Positions 1 to 12,694 of a stretch of 64,000 nt of DNA are shown here, one piece after another. Source of the DNA: Eledone cirrhosa (lineage: Eukaryota); contig OZ024742.1 of assembly GCA_964016885.1 (NCBI GenBank), forward strand, positions 115,010,001-115,074,000. The letters are read 5' to 3'. Within the stretch, counting starts at the first letter, position 1. Every line of letters begins with the position of its first letter. The position numbers and the translations under genes are program-made. The notes under the pieces were generated by a model, which had not been told where the DNA came from, ran no database searches, and saw only the letters and a list, made by a program, of their open reading frames with translations.

Positions 1-397
1 GTTCACTTTTAAGCTCTATGAAGAATTAATAAATTAAAATCAAAAAATCAGAGCATTATATCATAATTCATGTCTTTAGAATCATCAGATATTAAAGTAT
101 ATACTATTTCTTCTTCTAATTAGCATAATTAACCATATACAAAATCAAATCTAGCAAGCTTTAAGAATAAATTTCCCTATGGGGAAATCTCTGACAAACA
201 ATTGATCGTAGCCTCTTCGCGGCAGCCCCGTTCCATTATTTATCGAACATTTCGACAGCATGCAGACTCCGACTAAATATACCACCAACCACACACAATT
301 AGTAGTAAAATTAAGCTTAGAAGCAATGCGCACATACCGTAATCATATCTCTACCATGGTTTCTTCCTTATTTAGTACATCCAAATAATATGAATTT
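1..397 (-). mobile_element. Non-coding PLE-type repeat fragment related to the 8630-10035 element
   Basis: Clear similarity of 20-385 to 8685-9045 (e.g. aaatataccaccaaccacacacaatt vs aaatacaccgtcaaccatacacaatt). Retains GAAACCATGGTA on the minus strand (352-363) and abuts (TA)n. Confidence 0.65.
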
Positions 398-399
<2 letters not shown>

Positions 400-495
<96 letters not shown>

Positions 496-496
496 G

Positions 497-562
<66 letters not shown>
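400..562. repeat. (TA)n microsatellite, representative of many tracts (e.g. 6952-7175, 8530-8625, 10810-10918, 20900-20970, 59056-59172, 63725-63805)
   Basis: Direct reading. These tracts flank nearly every PLE-derived insertion. Confidence 0.99.
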
Positions 563-566
<4 letters not shown>

Positions 567-687
567 GGAGGTCAGTTTTATTGTAGTACAATAAAGCAAT
601 GCAGATATCGGATAAGAAGCACTCTACAGTTTGTAGGACTGGAGTATACATAATATAAGATCAAAAGATGGTTAAAGGAGTTCCATG

Positions 688-758
688 TATTTTATTATGC
701 GAATTTCAAAAACAAACATCATCAAGCAATAATATTTGTGTTTTCATCAGATAAAACA
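688..758 (-). ncRNA. Type I hammerhead ribozyme (pLTR of PLE 563-6950)
   Basis: Minus strand: tgttttat CTGATGA aaacacaaatatt..gatgtttgttttt GAAA ttcgca TA ataaaata. The stem III palindrome carries one mutation. Confidence 0.8.
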
Positions 759-1744
759 GGAGAACATGATATGAAGGCTAAAAAACACTTGTGGATAGTG
801 CAGTTTTAAATCAACATATGAAAAGTGGTTTTAGATTGATGTGTGATATTGGGAAAAATATTTTATTTAGAGAGGGGGGTGGAAGGGATGAAAAAGGGGA
901 AGAGATGAGAGGGAGAGATGGGTGATAGAGAGAAAGAAAAAGATAGTTTTTATAACTGAGAGGAGATATATTGTTTTACATAGAGATGTTGAAAACCGTT
1001 GAAAGATAATGTATAAATTAAAAATTTGAAATTAACGAAGGGAGGATATGTGCGAGGAAAGAATATTTTATTTATGGAGGGGGGTGGGGTGGAAAGGATG
1101 AAAAAGAGGGGGAGGAAATGAGAGTGAAGGTGGAGAGGGAGAGATGGGTGATAGAGAGAAAGAGATAGATTTTATAACTGAGAAAAAGATATATTGTTTT
1201 ACATAAATTAAAGGAATTTGAAAATTAACGGAGGGAATTTATGTATGAAGATAGAGAGAAAAAAATAATTATGGATGAATAATCTAACGTCAAAAAAAGT
1301 GTGTGTTGATAAGTATTGTGGCAATTTCAAAATTAACGAAGAGAAAAATTATTAAGGTTTGTGTGTAGAAGGATTTGAGAAAAATAATGTGAAGTTAAAG
1401 TTTCAATATTGAAGGAATTGATAAAGAGTTAATATGTATTAAGAATGAGTTCGTTGATGGGGAGAAAAAATAATAATAAATTAAGGATGAAATTGAGATT
1501 AAAAAGATTTATGATAGAGAGAAAAAATAATGATGATTGCGGATGAATATTCTAACGTCAAAAAAATAAATGTATATGTTATGAAGGATTTTACAAGGTG
1601 AAGATAGAATGAGGGTAATGAGTAAACAAGTATTATAGAGTGTATAATGCCCTTTAAAGTAAGGTGGGGAGATGGGTATATTTTAAAGAGGTGTATTTAT
1701 ATGTGCTTTTGAGAAAAGATTCTAAATTGATAAAGAATTGAATA

Positions 1745-3493
1745 TTAACTGTATACTTTGTGAAAAGTTCTATGGAATTTATGCAGGCAGATAGAAAATA
1801 AATCTGTACGTCTATTTATTATAGAATCTAGGTTAGAGATAATGGTAAATTTTTCATTTAGGCAGAGACTACAGATTTTAGATAGAGAGCTGTTCAAGTA
1901 TGAGGATGCAGAAGAAACCTTCTTCCAAAAGATGGTATATTTAATGTTTTTGTCTTTTAAGGACCATATGAGTTCTGAGAGAGCAGTGTTGGTTCTTTTA
2001 TGTTTGTATTTGAAAGATGAATGATGATTATAGAGACGAGCTTTAAAAGAGGTGGAAGTGGAGCCAAAATAGGTGAAGGAATTGGTGCTAGTTATAAATT
2101 TACATTCATAAATTAAGTTTTTATCGAGACAATGGTTGTTGAGAGGACATTTATTTTTAATGCGGCAGTTGCAATTAGAGAGATTATTAATGAGTGACCT
2201 AGTGTTATCTATAGAAGGAATTGGATTGGAGAAGTTGTTTGCGATAGGAATAATAGGAATAATAGTTTCTTGATTTAGAGTTGGATTATGAACATTTAGC
2301 GAAGTTGTGTTTGACGTTGTATTTGTGTTTACAGAAGTTAGCCTAGGGTTTACAATGACGTCGGGAGTACTATTACTGTTATTATGAAATTCAATGTTGG
2401 AAGGAAGAGATTTAGTATTTAGTATTTTATTGTTGTGTTTAGAGATGATGTTGGAAATATTGGAGGATGTAGAATAAGAAAATTTGATGGTGTGTTTGGT
2501 AAATATTTTACTATCGATATGTGAGGGAGGGAAGCATTTATTTAAGGCACTAAAAAATAATTTAGGAATATTGTTATTAATAGAGATGGAGAAAGGAGCA
2601 TTATACCAGATTATGTTTTTGTATCTAGGTCTTTTATTAAAATTATTGGAATGATCATGATTAATTATTCTACTGTAAGTTTTTCTAGAATTTGTTTCTT
2701 TACTATATTTGATTTTATCTGGATAGCCGGCTTTAGAAAGTGCGTTATTATAGTAATTGGCGTTAGCATCAAAGATGTTTTTATTAGAGGATATGTTAGA
2801 TATTCTTTTTCCAATATTACTAACTATAGCATTCTTGATATTGGTAGGATGGTTAGATTTAAAGTTAACATAATTTAGGTTCTCATTGTTTTTATGGTAA
2901 GGGTAATATAGGCCAGTGTCAAGATTAAGAGATACATCCAAGAAATTAGATAGTTTGATACTATTATCAAATTCAATTTTTAGGTTATGTTGGTTAAAGA
3001 GATTACGTATATTGTTCTTAATAATATTAAGGTTAACTATATTGCAATTTAGGATAGTAAAGAGTCCATCGTCACGATAAATTCCACCGCGAAGTTGAGG
3101 AATTTTCCGACTCAAAGAGTTCAAAATGAAGATACCAATTAAATCAGTCAATTGGGATGAATCGGATGCTCCCATTGTGATATCGAAGTTGTTAGAGGTA
3201 TCGGCTCTGGTCCAATATTCGTTGTTGAACTCTAGGATGGTTTTACGTGCGGTGGGGATGATGTGAAGTTCATCTGTGGTGATGTCAGAATATTTAAGTG
3301 CGAAAGATAGAGCATTATTGAGAAGTGAAGGCGAAATGGAGGAATAGTAGCTGGCAATATCAAATTGAATAAATTTTAGTTTGTTTTTATTATCCAATTT
3401 GTTGAACCAGCCAATCACCTCAGAAGTACCAAACCATAAATTTAGGTTCAAAGAAGAGCAATTAGAACTAACCTGTGGGATAATTCTATCCAA
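1745..3493 (-). CDS. PLE RT/GIY-YIG endonuclease, 5'-truncated copy with intact C-terminus
   Basis: FIQFDIASYY (RT motif A), ITMGASDS (B'), IYRDDGL (C), NFLDVSL, SNHP, CNCRIKNKCPLNNHC linker, LIYECK..YFGSTSTSFKARLYNH (GIY-YIG), CSLC and CLH. Confidence 0.93.
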   Translation of the reverse strand: MDRIIPQVSSNCSSLNLNLWFGTSEVIGWFNKLDNKNKLKFIQFDIASYYSSISPSLLNNALSFALKYSDITTDELHIIPTARKTILEFNNEYWTRADTSNNFDITMGASDSSQLTDLIGIFILNSLSRKIPQLRGGIYRDDGLFTILNCNIVNLNIIKNNIRNLFNQHNLKIEFDNSIKLSNFLDVSLNLDTGLYYPYHKNNENLNYVNFKSNHPTNIKNAIVSNIGKRISNISSNKNIFDANANYYNNALSKAGYPDKIKYSKETNSRKTYSRIINHDHSNNFNKRPRYKNIIWYNAPFSISINNNIPKLFFSALNKCFPPSHIDSKIFTKHTIKFSYSTSSNISNIISKHNNKILNTKSLPSNIEFHNNSNSTPDVIVNPRLTSVNTNTTSNTTSLNVHNPTLNQETIIPIIPIANNFSNPIPSIDNTRSLINNLSNCNCRIKNKCPLNNHCLDKNLIYECKFITSTNSFTYFGSTSTSFKARLYNHHSSFKYKHKRTNTALSELIWSLKDKNIKYTIFWKKVSSASSYLNSSLSKICSLCLNEKFTIISNLDSIINRRTDLFSICLHKFHRTFHKVYS

Positions 3494-3666
3494 GATGACT
3501 TTGAAATGCGCATAATAAAATACATGGAACTCCTTTAACCATCTGTTGATCTTATATTATGTATACTCCAGTCCTACAAACTGTAGAGTGCTTCTTATCC
3601 GATATCTGCATTGCTTTATTGTACTACAATAAAACTCACCTCCTACATTAACTTGCTCCTTAACGG

Positions 3667-5867
3667 TTGAGCGCTTACTCTCATATTGGATACCTTTTGA
3701 TGGTCCTTAACCTCTTCTTCTACAACATGGATTATTACAACATAACCAATTCAACTAAAGACATTTACATTGTAAATCTCAAGAACACAATCTCTAACCT
3801 AAATTCCTCAAAAAATGTTTTAGTCCACTCTGACAAACCAATAACTTATATGGTATTTCCAAGGATAATTATAACAACCTTATCCTAAAGGAACTTAGGA
3901 AAAAGTATCGTAAAACCAACCATGAAAATTCAGAATACATAAACCTTGAAGCCTCTGAGATTATGTCAAAACTTGGCATTGAAAAAAAGACCGAACCATT
4001 CATCCCAAGAACTCCGAGGATAAATCTCAAGGATCACAAAAACAATTTTCGCACTGAACTACCTGTTAGATTAATCGCCCCCTCTAAATCTGATCTGGGG
4101 GTTGTTAGTAAAGCCATCATGGATAAAATTATCCCACAGGTTAGTTCTAATTGCTCTTCTTTGAACCTCAATTTATGGTTTGGTACTTCTGAGGTGATTG
4201 GCTGGTTCAACAAATTGGATAATAAAAACAAACTAAAATTTATTCTATTTGATATTGCCAGCTACTATTCCTCCATTTCGCCTTCACTTCTCAATAATGC
4301 TCTATCTTTCGCACTTAAATATTCTGACATCACCACAGATGAACTTCACATCATCCTCACCGCACGTAAAACCATCCTAGAGTTCAACAACGAATATTGG
4401 ACCAGAGCCGATACCTCTAACAACTTCGATATCACAATGGGAGCATCCGATTCATCCCAATTGACTGATTTAATTGGTATCTTCATTTTGAACTCTTTGA
4501 GTCGGAAAATTCCTCAACTTCGCGGTGGAATTTATCGTGACGATGGTCTCTTTACTATCCTAAATTGCAATATAGTTAACCTTAATATTATTAAGAACAA
4601 TATACGTAATCCCTTTAACCAACATAACCTAAAAATTGAATTTGATAATAGTATCAAACTATCTAATTTCTTGGATGTATCTCTTAATCTTGACACTGGC
4701 CTATATTACCCTTACCATAAAAACAATGAGAACCTAAATTATGTTAACTTTAAATCTAACCATCCTACCAATATCAAGAATGCTATAGTTAGTAATATTG
4801 GAAAAAGAATATCTAACATATCCTCTAATAAAAACATCTTTGATGCTAACGCCAATTACTATAATAACGCACTTTCTAAAGCCGGCTATCCAGATAAAAT
4901 CAAATATAGTAAAGAAACAAATTCTAGAAAAACTTACAGTAGAATAATTAATCATGATCATTCCAATAATTTTAATAAAAGACCTAGATACAAAAACATA
5001 ATCAGGTATAATGCTCCTTTCTCCATCTCTATTAATAACAATATTCCTAAATTATTTTTTAGTGCCTTAAATAAATGCTTCCCTCCCTCACATATCTATA
5101 GTAAAATATTTACCAAACACACCATCAACTTTTCTTATTCTACATCCTCCAATATTTCCAACATCATCTCTAAACACAACAATAAAATACTAAATACTAA
5201 ATCTCTTCCTTCCAACATTGAATTTCATAATAACAGTAATAGTACTCCCGACGTCATTGTAAACCCTAGGCTAACTTCTGTAAACACATATACAACGTCA
5301 AACACAACTTCGCTAAATGTTCATAATCCAACTCTAAATCAAGAAACTATTATTCCTATTATTCCTATCACAAACAACTTCTCCAATCCAATTCCTTCTA
5401 TAGATAACACTAGGTCACTCATTAATAATCTCTCTAATTGCAACTGCCGCATTAAAAATAAATGTCCTCTCAACAACCATTGTCTCGATAAAAACTTAAT
5501 TTATGAATGTAAAATTATAACTAGCACCAATTCCTTCACCTATTTTGGCTCCACTTCCACCTCTTTTAAATCTCGTCTCTATAATCATCATTCATATTTC
5601 AAATACAAACTTAAAAGAACCAACACTGCTCTCTCAGAAATCATATGGTCCTTAAAAGACAAAAACATTAAATATACCATCTTTTGGAAGAAGGTTTCTT
5701 CTGCATCCTCATAATTGAACAACTCTCTATCTAAAATCTGTAATCTCTGCCTAAATGAAAAATTTACCATTATCTCTAACCTAGATTCTATAATAAATAG
5801 ACGTACAGATTTATTTTCTATCTGCCTGCATAAATTCCATAGAACCTTTCACAAAGTATACAGTTAA
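3667..5867 (+). pseudogene. PLE RT/GIY-YIG, longer copy with a 5' frameshift and a premature stop at 5712-5714
   Basis: ORF 3963-5714 is nearly identical to the minus copy. The upstream frame has the HSDK motif, and TAA replaces the TAC seen in the sister copy. Confidence 0.9.
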
Positions 5868-6844
5868 TATTCAATTCTTTATCAATTTAGAATCTTTTCT
5901 CAAAGGCACATATACATACACCTCTTTAAAATATACCCATCTTCCCACCTTACTTTAAAGGCCATTATACACTCTATAATACTTGTTTACTCATTACCCT
6001 CATTCTATCTTCACCTTGTAAAATCCTTCATAACATATACATTTATTTTTTTGACGTTAGAATATTCATCCGCAATCATTATAATTTTTTGTCTCTATCA
6101 TAAATCTTTTTAATCTCAATTTCATCCTTAATTTATTATTATTTTTTCTCCCCATCAACGAACTCATTCTTAATACATATTAACTCTTTATCAATTCCTT
6201 CAATATAGAAACTTTAACTTCACATTATTTTTCTCAAATCCTTCTACACACAAACCTTAATAATTTTTCTCTTCATTAATTTTGAAATTGCCACAATACT
6301 TATCAACACACACTTTTTTTGACGTTAGAATATTCATCCACAATTATTTTTTTCTCTCTATCTTCATACATAAATTCCCTTCGTTAATTTTCAAATTCCT
6401 TTAATTTATGTAAAACAATATATCTTTTTGTCAGTTATAAAAACTATCTCTTTCTCTCTATCACCCATCTCTCCCTCTCCACCTTCACTCTCATCTCCTC
6501 CCCCTCTATTCACCCCCCCCCCCTCCATAAATAAAATATTCTTTCCTCGCACATATCCACCCTTCGTTAATTTCAAATTTTTAATTTATACATTATCTTC
6601 CAACGGTTTTCAACCTCTCTATATAAAACAATATATCTCCTCTCAGTTATAAAAACTATCTCTTTCTTTCTCTCTATCACCCATCTCTCCCTCTCATCTC
6701 CTCCCCTTTTTCATCCTTTCCACCCCCCCTCTCTAAATAAAATATTTTTCCCAATATCACACATCAATCTAAAACCACTTTTCATATGTTGATTTAAAAC
6801 TGCACTATCCACAAGTGTTTTTTAGCCTTCATATCATGTTCTCC

Positions 6845-6915
6845 TGTTTTATCTGATGAAAACACAAATATTATTGCTTGATGATGTTTGTTTTTGAAAT
6901 GCGCATAATAAAATA
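6845..6915 (+). ncRNA. Type I hammerhead ribozyme, canonical core, palindromic stem III ATGCGCAT
   Basis: Stem I tgttttat/ataaaata, CTGATGA 6853-6859, long AU/GU stem II, GAAA 6896-6899, predicted cleavage after 6907. Confidence 0.88.
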
Positions 6916-6948
6916 CATGGAACTCCTTTAACCATCTTTTGATCTTAT

Positions 6949-7165
<217 letters not shown>

Positions 7166-7177
7166 CATATATATATG

Positions 7178-7395
7178 AAGGCGTGTGGCTGAGTGGTTAG
7201 GGGATTGGATTCGAAATCGTAAGGTTGTGAGTTCGATTCCTGGACCAGGCGATGCGTTATGTCCTTGAGCAAGACACTTTATTTCACGTTGCTCCTTCTA
7301 CCTGGAGTTGCGACCGATAGATAGTATTAGCAATTGGAAAGACCAACGGAAACATGTTCCCTCGGTCCTATTTGACGAAAGTCTATCGTTCCTTT
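7178..7395 (+). mobile_element. tRNA-derived SINE with CORE-like central domain
   Basis: A box tggctgagtgg, B box gttcgattcc, then gtccttgagcaagacactttatttcacgttgctcc. Confidence 0.8.
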
Positions 7396-7469
7396 ATATA
7401 TATATATATATATATCCATATATATGTATATGGATACATGTATTAATATGGATAATTATATATATATCC

Positions 7470-7502
<33 letters not shown>

Positions 7503-7524
7503 CATATATATATATATATTTATT

Positions 7525-7555
<31 letters not shown>

Positions 7556-7708
7556 ATTTATTTATATATATATATATATGAATGTATATATAGTGTATTT
7601 TACAATACACTCTATGCTTAATTAAAAGCATTTCGAAGACTTTACGCTATTGTTTTAGAGTAGTGATAGTATCACTTACTTTACATTTTCAGCAAACAGG
7701 GAAGATAA

Positions 7709-7753
7709 AGCTGACAGAGCTCTGTTTCGTACTTGTTGGTACTTATCAAAGCT
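7709..7753 (-). ncRNA. Type I HHR with U3-A8 variant core
   Basis: Minus strand: agct TTGATAA gtac caacaa gtac GAAA cagagctctg TC agct. Confidence 0.8.
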
Positions 7754-7934
7754 AAGTACTCCAGCTGTTTGCTGAAAATCATGAAGGGTTGAATCTTATA
7801 GAATTCTTGTAATAATCAGTAACTATATTCAATTTCTGCTTGACCGGCAACCGCTCTGTATAATCAGTTCCTGATTATTACTAGAATTCTATAAGAATCA
7901 AACATTCATGATGTTCAGCAAACAGGTGGAGTAT

Positions 7935-7985
7935 TAAGCTTTGATATGTACCAAAAAACTACGAAACAGAACTCTGTCAGCTTAA
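7935..7985 (+). ncRNA. Degenerate copy of the U3-A8 HHR
   Basis: taagct TTGATAT gtaccaaaaaactac GAAA cagaactctg TC agctta. Confidence 0.6.
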
Positions 7986-8257
7986 TATCCCCTCTTTGCT
8001 GAACATTTAAAGTAAGTGAGACTGTCACTACACTGAAACAATAGCGTAGGGTCTTCGAAATGCGTTTAATTAAGCATACAGTGTATTGCAAAATATAATA
8101 TATATACATTCATATATATATCGCTATTTAAGAGCACACATTCTAATTTTGAATTTCTGCTTGACCGGCAACCGCTCTGTATACTCTGTTCCTGAATATT
8201 ACTAGAATTCTATAAGAATCAAATATTCATGATTTTCAGCAAACAGGTGGTATACTT

Positions 8258-8302
8258 AGCTTTGATAAGTACGAACAAGTACGAAACAGAGCTCTGTCAG
8301 CT
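8258..8302 (+). ncRNA. Type I HHR with U3-A8 variant core
   Basis: agct TTGATAA gtac gaacaa gtac GAAA cagagctctg TC agct. Stem I extends via ttcagcaaacagg/cctgttttctgaa. Confidence 0.82.
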
Positions 8303-8483
8303 TTATCTCCCCTGTTTTCTGAAAGTGTAAAGCAAGTGAGACTGTCACTACTCTAAAACAATAGCGTAAGGTCTTCGAAATTAAGCATACAATATATTGC
8401 AAAATACACTATATATACATTGATATATATATATATCTATTTCAGAGCACTAATTGTAATATATATATATATATATATACACA

Positions 8484-8626
<143 letters not shown>

Positions 8627-8629
8627 CGA

Positions 8630-10032
8630 TTTACATATACATAGAGCCATAGATATATATGTTGCAACCGGTCACGTTGTGGCTCAATGAAGAATTAGTA
8701 AATTAAATAATCAGAGCAATATATCATAAATCATGTCCTTAGAATTAATAGATAAAATATATACCATTTCCTCTCCCAATTAGCACAATTAACCATATAA
8801 AAAATCAATTAGACAAGGCTATAATAATAAAGGCTCCTATGAAAAAATTTCCGACAAATAACCGAAAGCGGCTTCTTCGCGGTTGCCCCAATTGAGTATT
8901 TATCCAACATTTCAACAGCATGTAGAAACTGACTAAATACACCGTCAACCATACACAATTAGGTGTAAACTAAAACTTAGAAGAAACGTGTACATACCGT
9001 AATTATATATCTACCATTGTTTCGTCTGTATTTTTAGACATCCAATTATCAGGACATATCCAGAGTAACAGACTCATGAGGAGAAAACTCAAAATTAGAC
9101 ATTTAAATTTCCAAAGTGATCGCGCCAAAAATAGATTCACCAATGGCTAAGAATCGTGACGTGGCAGTGGTCAAGTTAGAAAGAATGTGATTAGTTGCTT
9201 ACGGCGTGTAGGCTTGTTGTTAGAAAACGCAGCCCAATATCGCCCAATTGTATCTCAACCAAACGGGAGATTATTAAATATAATGATTTTCATATACATA
9301 AAGTCATAGATATATATGTTGCAACCGGTCACGTTGTGGCTCAATGAAGAATTAATAAATTAAATAATCAGAGTAACATATCATAAATCATGTCCTTAGA
9401 ATTATTAATTCTTCATTGAGCCACAATGTGACCGGTTGCAACATATATATCTATAACTTTATGTATATGTAAATCTTTATATTTAATAATCTCCCGTTAT
9501 GTTGAGATACAATTCGTTGATATTGGGCTGCGCTTTCTAGCAACAAGCCTACCCGCCGTAAGCAACTAATCCCATTCTTTCTAACTTGTCCACTGCCACG
9601 TCACGATTCTTAGCCATTTTTGTATCTATTTTTGGCGCGATCACTTTGGAAAATTAAATGTTGAATTTTGAGTTTTCTCCTTATGTGTCTGTTACTCTGG
9701 ATATATCCTGATAATTGGATGTCTAAAAATACGGACGAAACCATGGTAGAGATATAATTACGGTATGTACACATTTCTTCTAAGTTTTAATTTACACCTA
9801 ATTGTGTATGGTTGACGGTATATTTAGTCTGTTTCTACATTCTATTGAAATGTTGGATAAATACTCTATTGGGGCCACCGCGAAGGGGCCGCTTTCGGTT
9901 ATTTGTCGGAAATTTCTTCATAGGAGCCTTTATTCTTATAGGCTTGTCTAATTGATTTTTATATGGTTAATTATGCTAATTGGGAGAGGAAATGGTATAT
10001 ATTTTATCTATTAATTCTAAGGACATGATTCA

Positions 10033-10035
<3 letters not shown>
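8630..10035. mobile_element. ORF-less element: ~657 bp unit in partial tandem plus an inverted copy
   Basis: gttgcaaccggtcacg at 8661 and 9318. 9405-10035 is the reverse complement of ~8722-9360. (TA)n flanks. Confidence 0.8.
9701..9755 (+). ncRNA. HHR-like motif with atypical core (inverted sister at ~9004-9058)
   Basis: atatatc CTGATAA ttggat gtct..ggac GAAA ccatgg TA gagatat. Palindromic stem III, but six extra nt before stem II. Confidence 0.45.
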
Positions 10036-10091
<56 letters not shown>

Positions 10092-10807
10092 TAGTAATAA
10101 TAATAAATTTTAAAGGGTGAAAGCAGCGATTCTTTGCTTAAACTTCAATCTGTTATTTTAATAAATATACATATATATATGTATATATATAGTATAAAAG
10201 AGAAAACACAGGTAAGCATTAAGAGAATGATTTTATCCAGGTATTTACGACCGTTCATTGGTAAATGCAACCTTATATTGCTATACTGCACATAGCAGCC
10301 ACTCAATTATAATTGTTCTTCACATTCCAAATTTTCAAAATAATAAGTTACTCATGAAATGTTTCTTAATATATAGAGACAGACCTTTATTTGGAATTGT
10401 ATTTACTAGTATAGAGAGAGAGGAATCAGAAGGTGAGTGGACTAACGGAATAGTATAGAGAGAGAGAGGAAGGGGGAAGAGGTAGGAATTAGAGTGACAA
10501 ACTGAGATGGAGGGAGGGGTAGAGGTGGAAGGATTATTTGCTCAGTTTTGATAGCAGGCTTCATGTCGTGGAATGTAGTGAGTTAAAGAGAATTAAATTG
10601 ATCATAGTGGGAGGGATGGATAGAGAGGGAGAGAGAGAGGGGGAGATATAAAGAGATAAATATATATATATATATGTATATATATTTCGTTTCTGAATTT
10701 CTCTAGCAGGATTCTTTATCTGAAAACGTGTGTTGAAACCGATATTGTTATAGTTTGGGAGGGTCATGTTGCGTGTGTTTCTTATTGGCAACATGACCCT
10801 CCCAAAG

Positions 10808-10907
<100 letters not shown>

Positions 10908-11375
10908 TATATATATATTAAAATAACAGATTAAAGTTTAAGCAAAGAATCGCTACTTTCACCCTTAACGGGATATTCTGAAACTAACAAAGTCAATCTG
11001 TAAACGCAGAACTGGATATTTCAAAAAACGTTGCAACCGGAGGAAGACAGGAAGACGATACTTTGGTTCGTGGAAACGTTCGCTGGCAAAGAACGGGAAA
11101 AAACGAATAATACGTCATTAAAAGGAGCGGTGAAAAACAATTACGCGCAAAGAGAGAACCACGTGCAGGTATAAAAGAGGTCGTAGACTAATGTCACTTA
11201 GGTGGTGCATAGAGACGTTCTCTGGCAATGAACGAAAAAACGAAGATAATAAGTCATATGTGGAGCGTGGAGAACAATAGCACGCAAAGACAAAACCACG
11301 TAAATGGTATAGCAGAAGTCGTAGACTAAAATTCTAACTAGGAGACCTACATAGGGCCTACATAGGGCCTACATA

Positions 11376-11708
11376 GTGTTAACCGCCAATAATTTCAAGC
11401 AGCGTCTTTACATGCATACCCATTCTTTTCGTTACCCTCTAAGAAGGAATATAACGTCACTTTCAGCTTATATCTGGTGGCTAAAAGACAACCACACCCA
11501 ATATAAGTTACACTGGGAGATCCTAGCTAGGGCTAGATCGTATAACGGAAATAAAAGACCATGTGACCTCTGCGCCGCTGAGGCCCTGGAACTACTCTAC
11601 GCCCCAGAGCACATCTTAAACAAAAAATCTGAGGCAATTTCGGCTTGTAAACATAAATTGCACACAACTTTCCTGTATTACAGCCCCACGTTATACCCTA
11701 ACGGATAG
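11376..11708 (+). pseudogene. PLE GIY-YIG endonuclease C-terminal fragment
   Basis: (YIG)LTANNFKQRLYMH..TSLSAYIWWLKD..CDLC..LNKKSE..CKH. Confidence 0.88.
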
Positions 11709-12620
11709 TACGATCTATACGTGGATATTTAACGTCCTGATGTGGGAGGTAAGTATATGTTTTGTTTATTCCTTTACATATTTGCATAGGTAAGTATATA
11801 TTAACTGTATGTTTTGTGAAGGTTGTATACCTTCTCATACGTATATTTGATTGTTATGGCGTATAATTTATATATATTCTGGTATTTAGGATTTGGCTAT
11901 GTGTATACAGGAGTTTTGCGTCTGCGTGAGTATGCAGGTTCGTACGTATGGTGGGTGTGTGTATATGTGTACTTCTTGTTTTAGTTGACTTACGTCTGCG
12001 AACATTAGTGTATTTATATGTAGGTATGTGTGTGCGCTTGTTATATACGTATTTATTTACTTATATACGTTTATATAATTATTTATTTATTTGTACACAA
12101 GCATACACACACACACACATATTTATATGTGCGTGGTTGTATACCTATGGTAAGGTTTTGCGTATGTTTGTGTATGTACGTATTTGTTTGCGTGTATGTA
12201 TTTATTTATTTCTATTACTTCTGTATTGTATTTATTTACTTTGTTCTTAACTCTGTAGCGGAGATTCATTTGGTCTCCTAGTTAGAATTTTAGTCTACGA
12301 CTTCTGCTATACCATTTACGTGGTTTTGTCTTTGCGTGCTATTGTTCTCCACGCTCCACATATGACTTATTATCTTCGTTTTTTTCGTTCATTGCCAGAG
12401 AATGTCTCTATGCACCACCTAAGAGAACATTAGTCTACTACCTATTTTATACCTGAACGTGGTTCTGTCTTTGCGCGTAATTGTTTTTCACCGGTCCTTT
12501 TAATGACATATTATTCGTTTTTTCCCGTTCTTTGCCAGCGAACGTTTCCACGAACCAAAGTATCGTCTTCCTGTCTTCCTCCGGTTGCAACGTTTTTTGA
12601 AATATCCAGTTCTGCGTTTA

Positions 12621-12694
12621 CAGATTGACTTTGTTAGTTTCAGAAGATCCCGTTAAGGGTGAAAGCAGCGATTCTTTGCTTAAACTTTAATCTG
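12621..12694 (+). ncRNA. Type I HHR-like motif with CAGAAGA (U4A) core, multi-copy family
   Basis: cagattga..agttt CAGAAGA tccc gttaa gggt GAAA gca..tgc TT aaact ttaatctg. Other copies at 10927-11000(-), 29888-29961(-), 30331-30381, 56633-56683, 60497-60555(-), 60557-60607, 62270-62320. Confidence 0.72.

Larger units (their letters stand above)
7575..8450. mobile_element. ORF-less HHR-bearing element: one inverted plus two tandem ~320 bp units
   Basis: 7580-7825 is the reverse complement of ~7865-8115, and 7828-8145 is repeated at 8148-8452. Confidence 0.85.

Noticed and set aside
82-88. CTGATGA on the minus strand
   Set aside because: No matching stem II/GAAA/stem III, and not conserved in the related copy near 8745.
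343-653. ORFs rich in YIYI/HTHT/CVCV here and throughout the window
   Set aside because: Translations of (TA)n and (CA)n microsatellites, not genes.
1745-5867. Naiad-type selenoprotein PLE / SECIS interpretation of the tail hairpin
   Set aside because: The endonuclease is C-terminal, the intact ORF has no in-frame TGA, and no SECIS AUGA/GA core was seen.
7179-7250. tRNA gene
   Set aside because: Runs into a SINE central domain and has an imperfect cloverleaf, so it is a SINE head.
10200-10275. Possible HHR (minus strand, ccaatga acggtcgt aaa) of the 18-20.9 kb family
   Set aside because: Core and GAAA are both broken and stem III is unclear.
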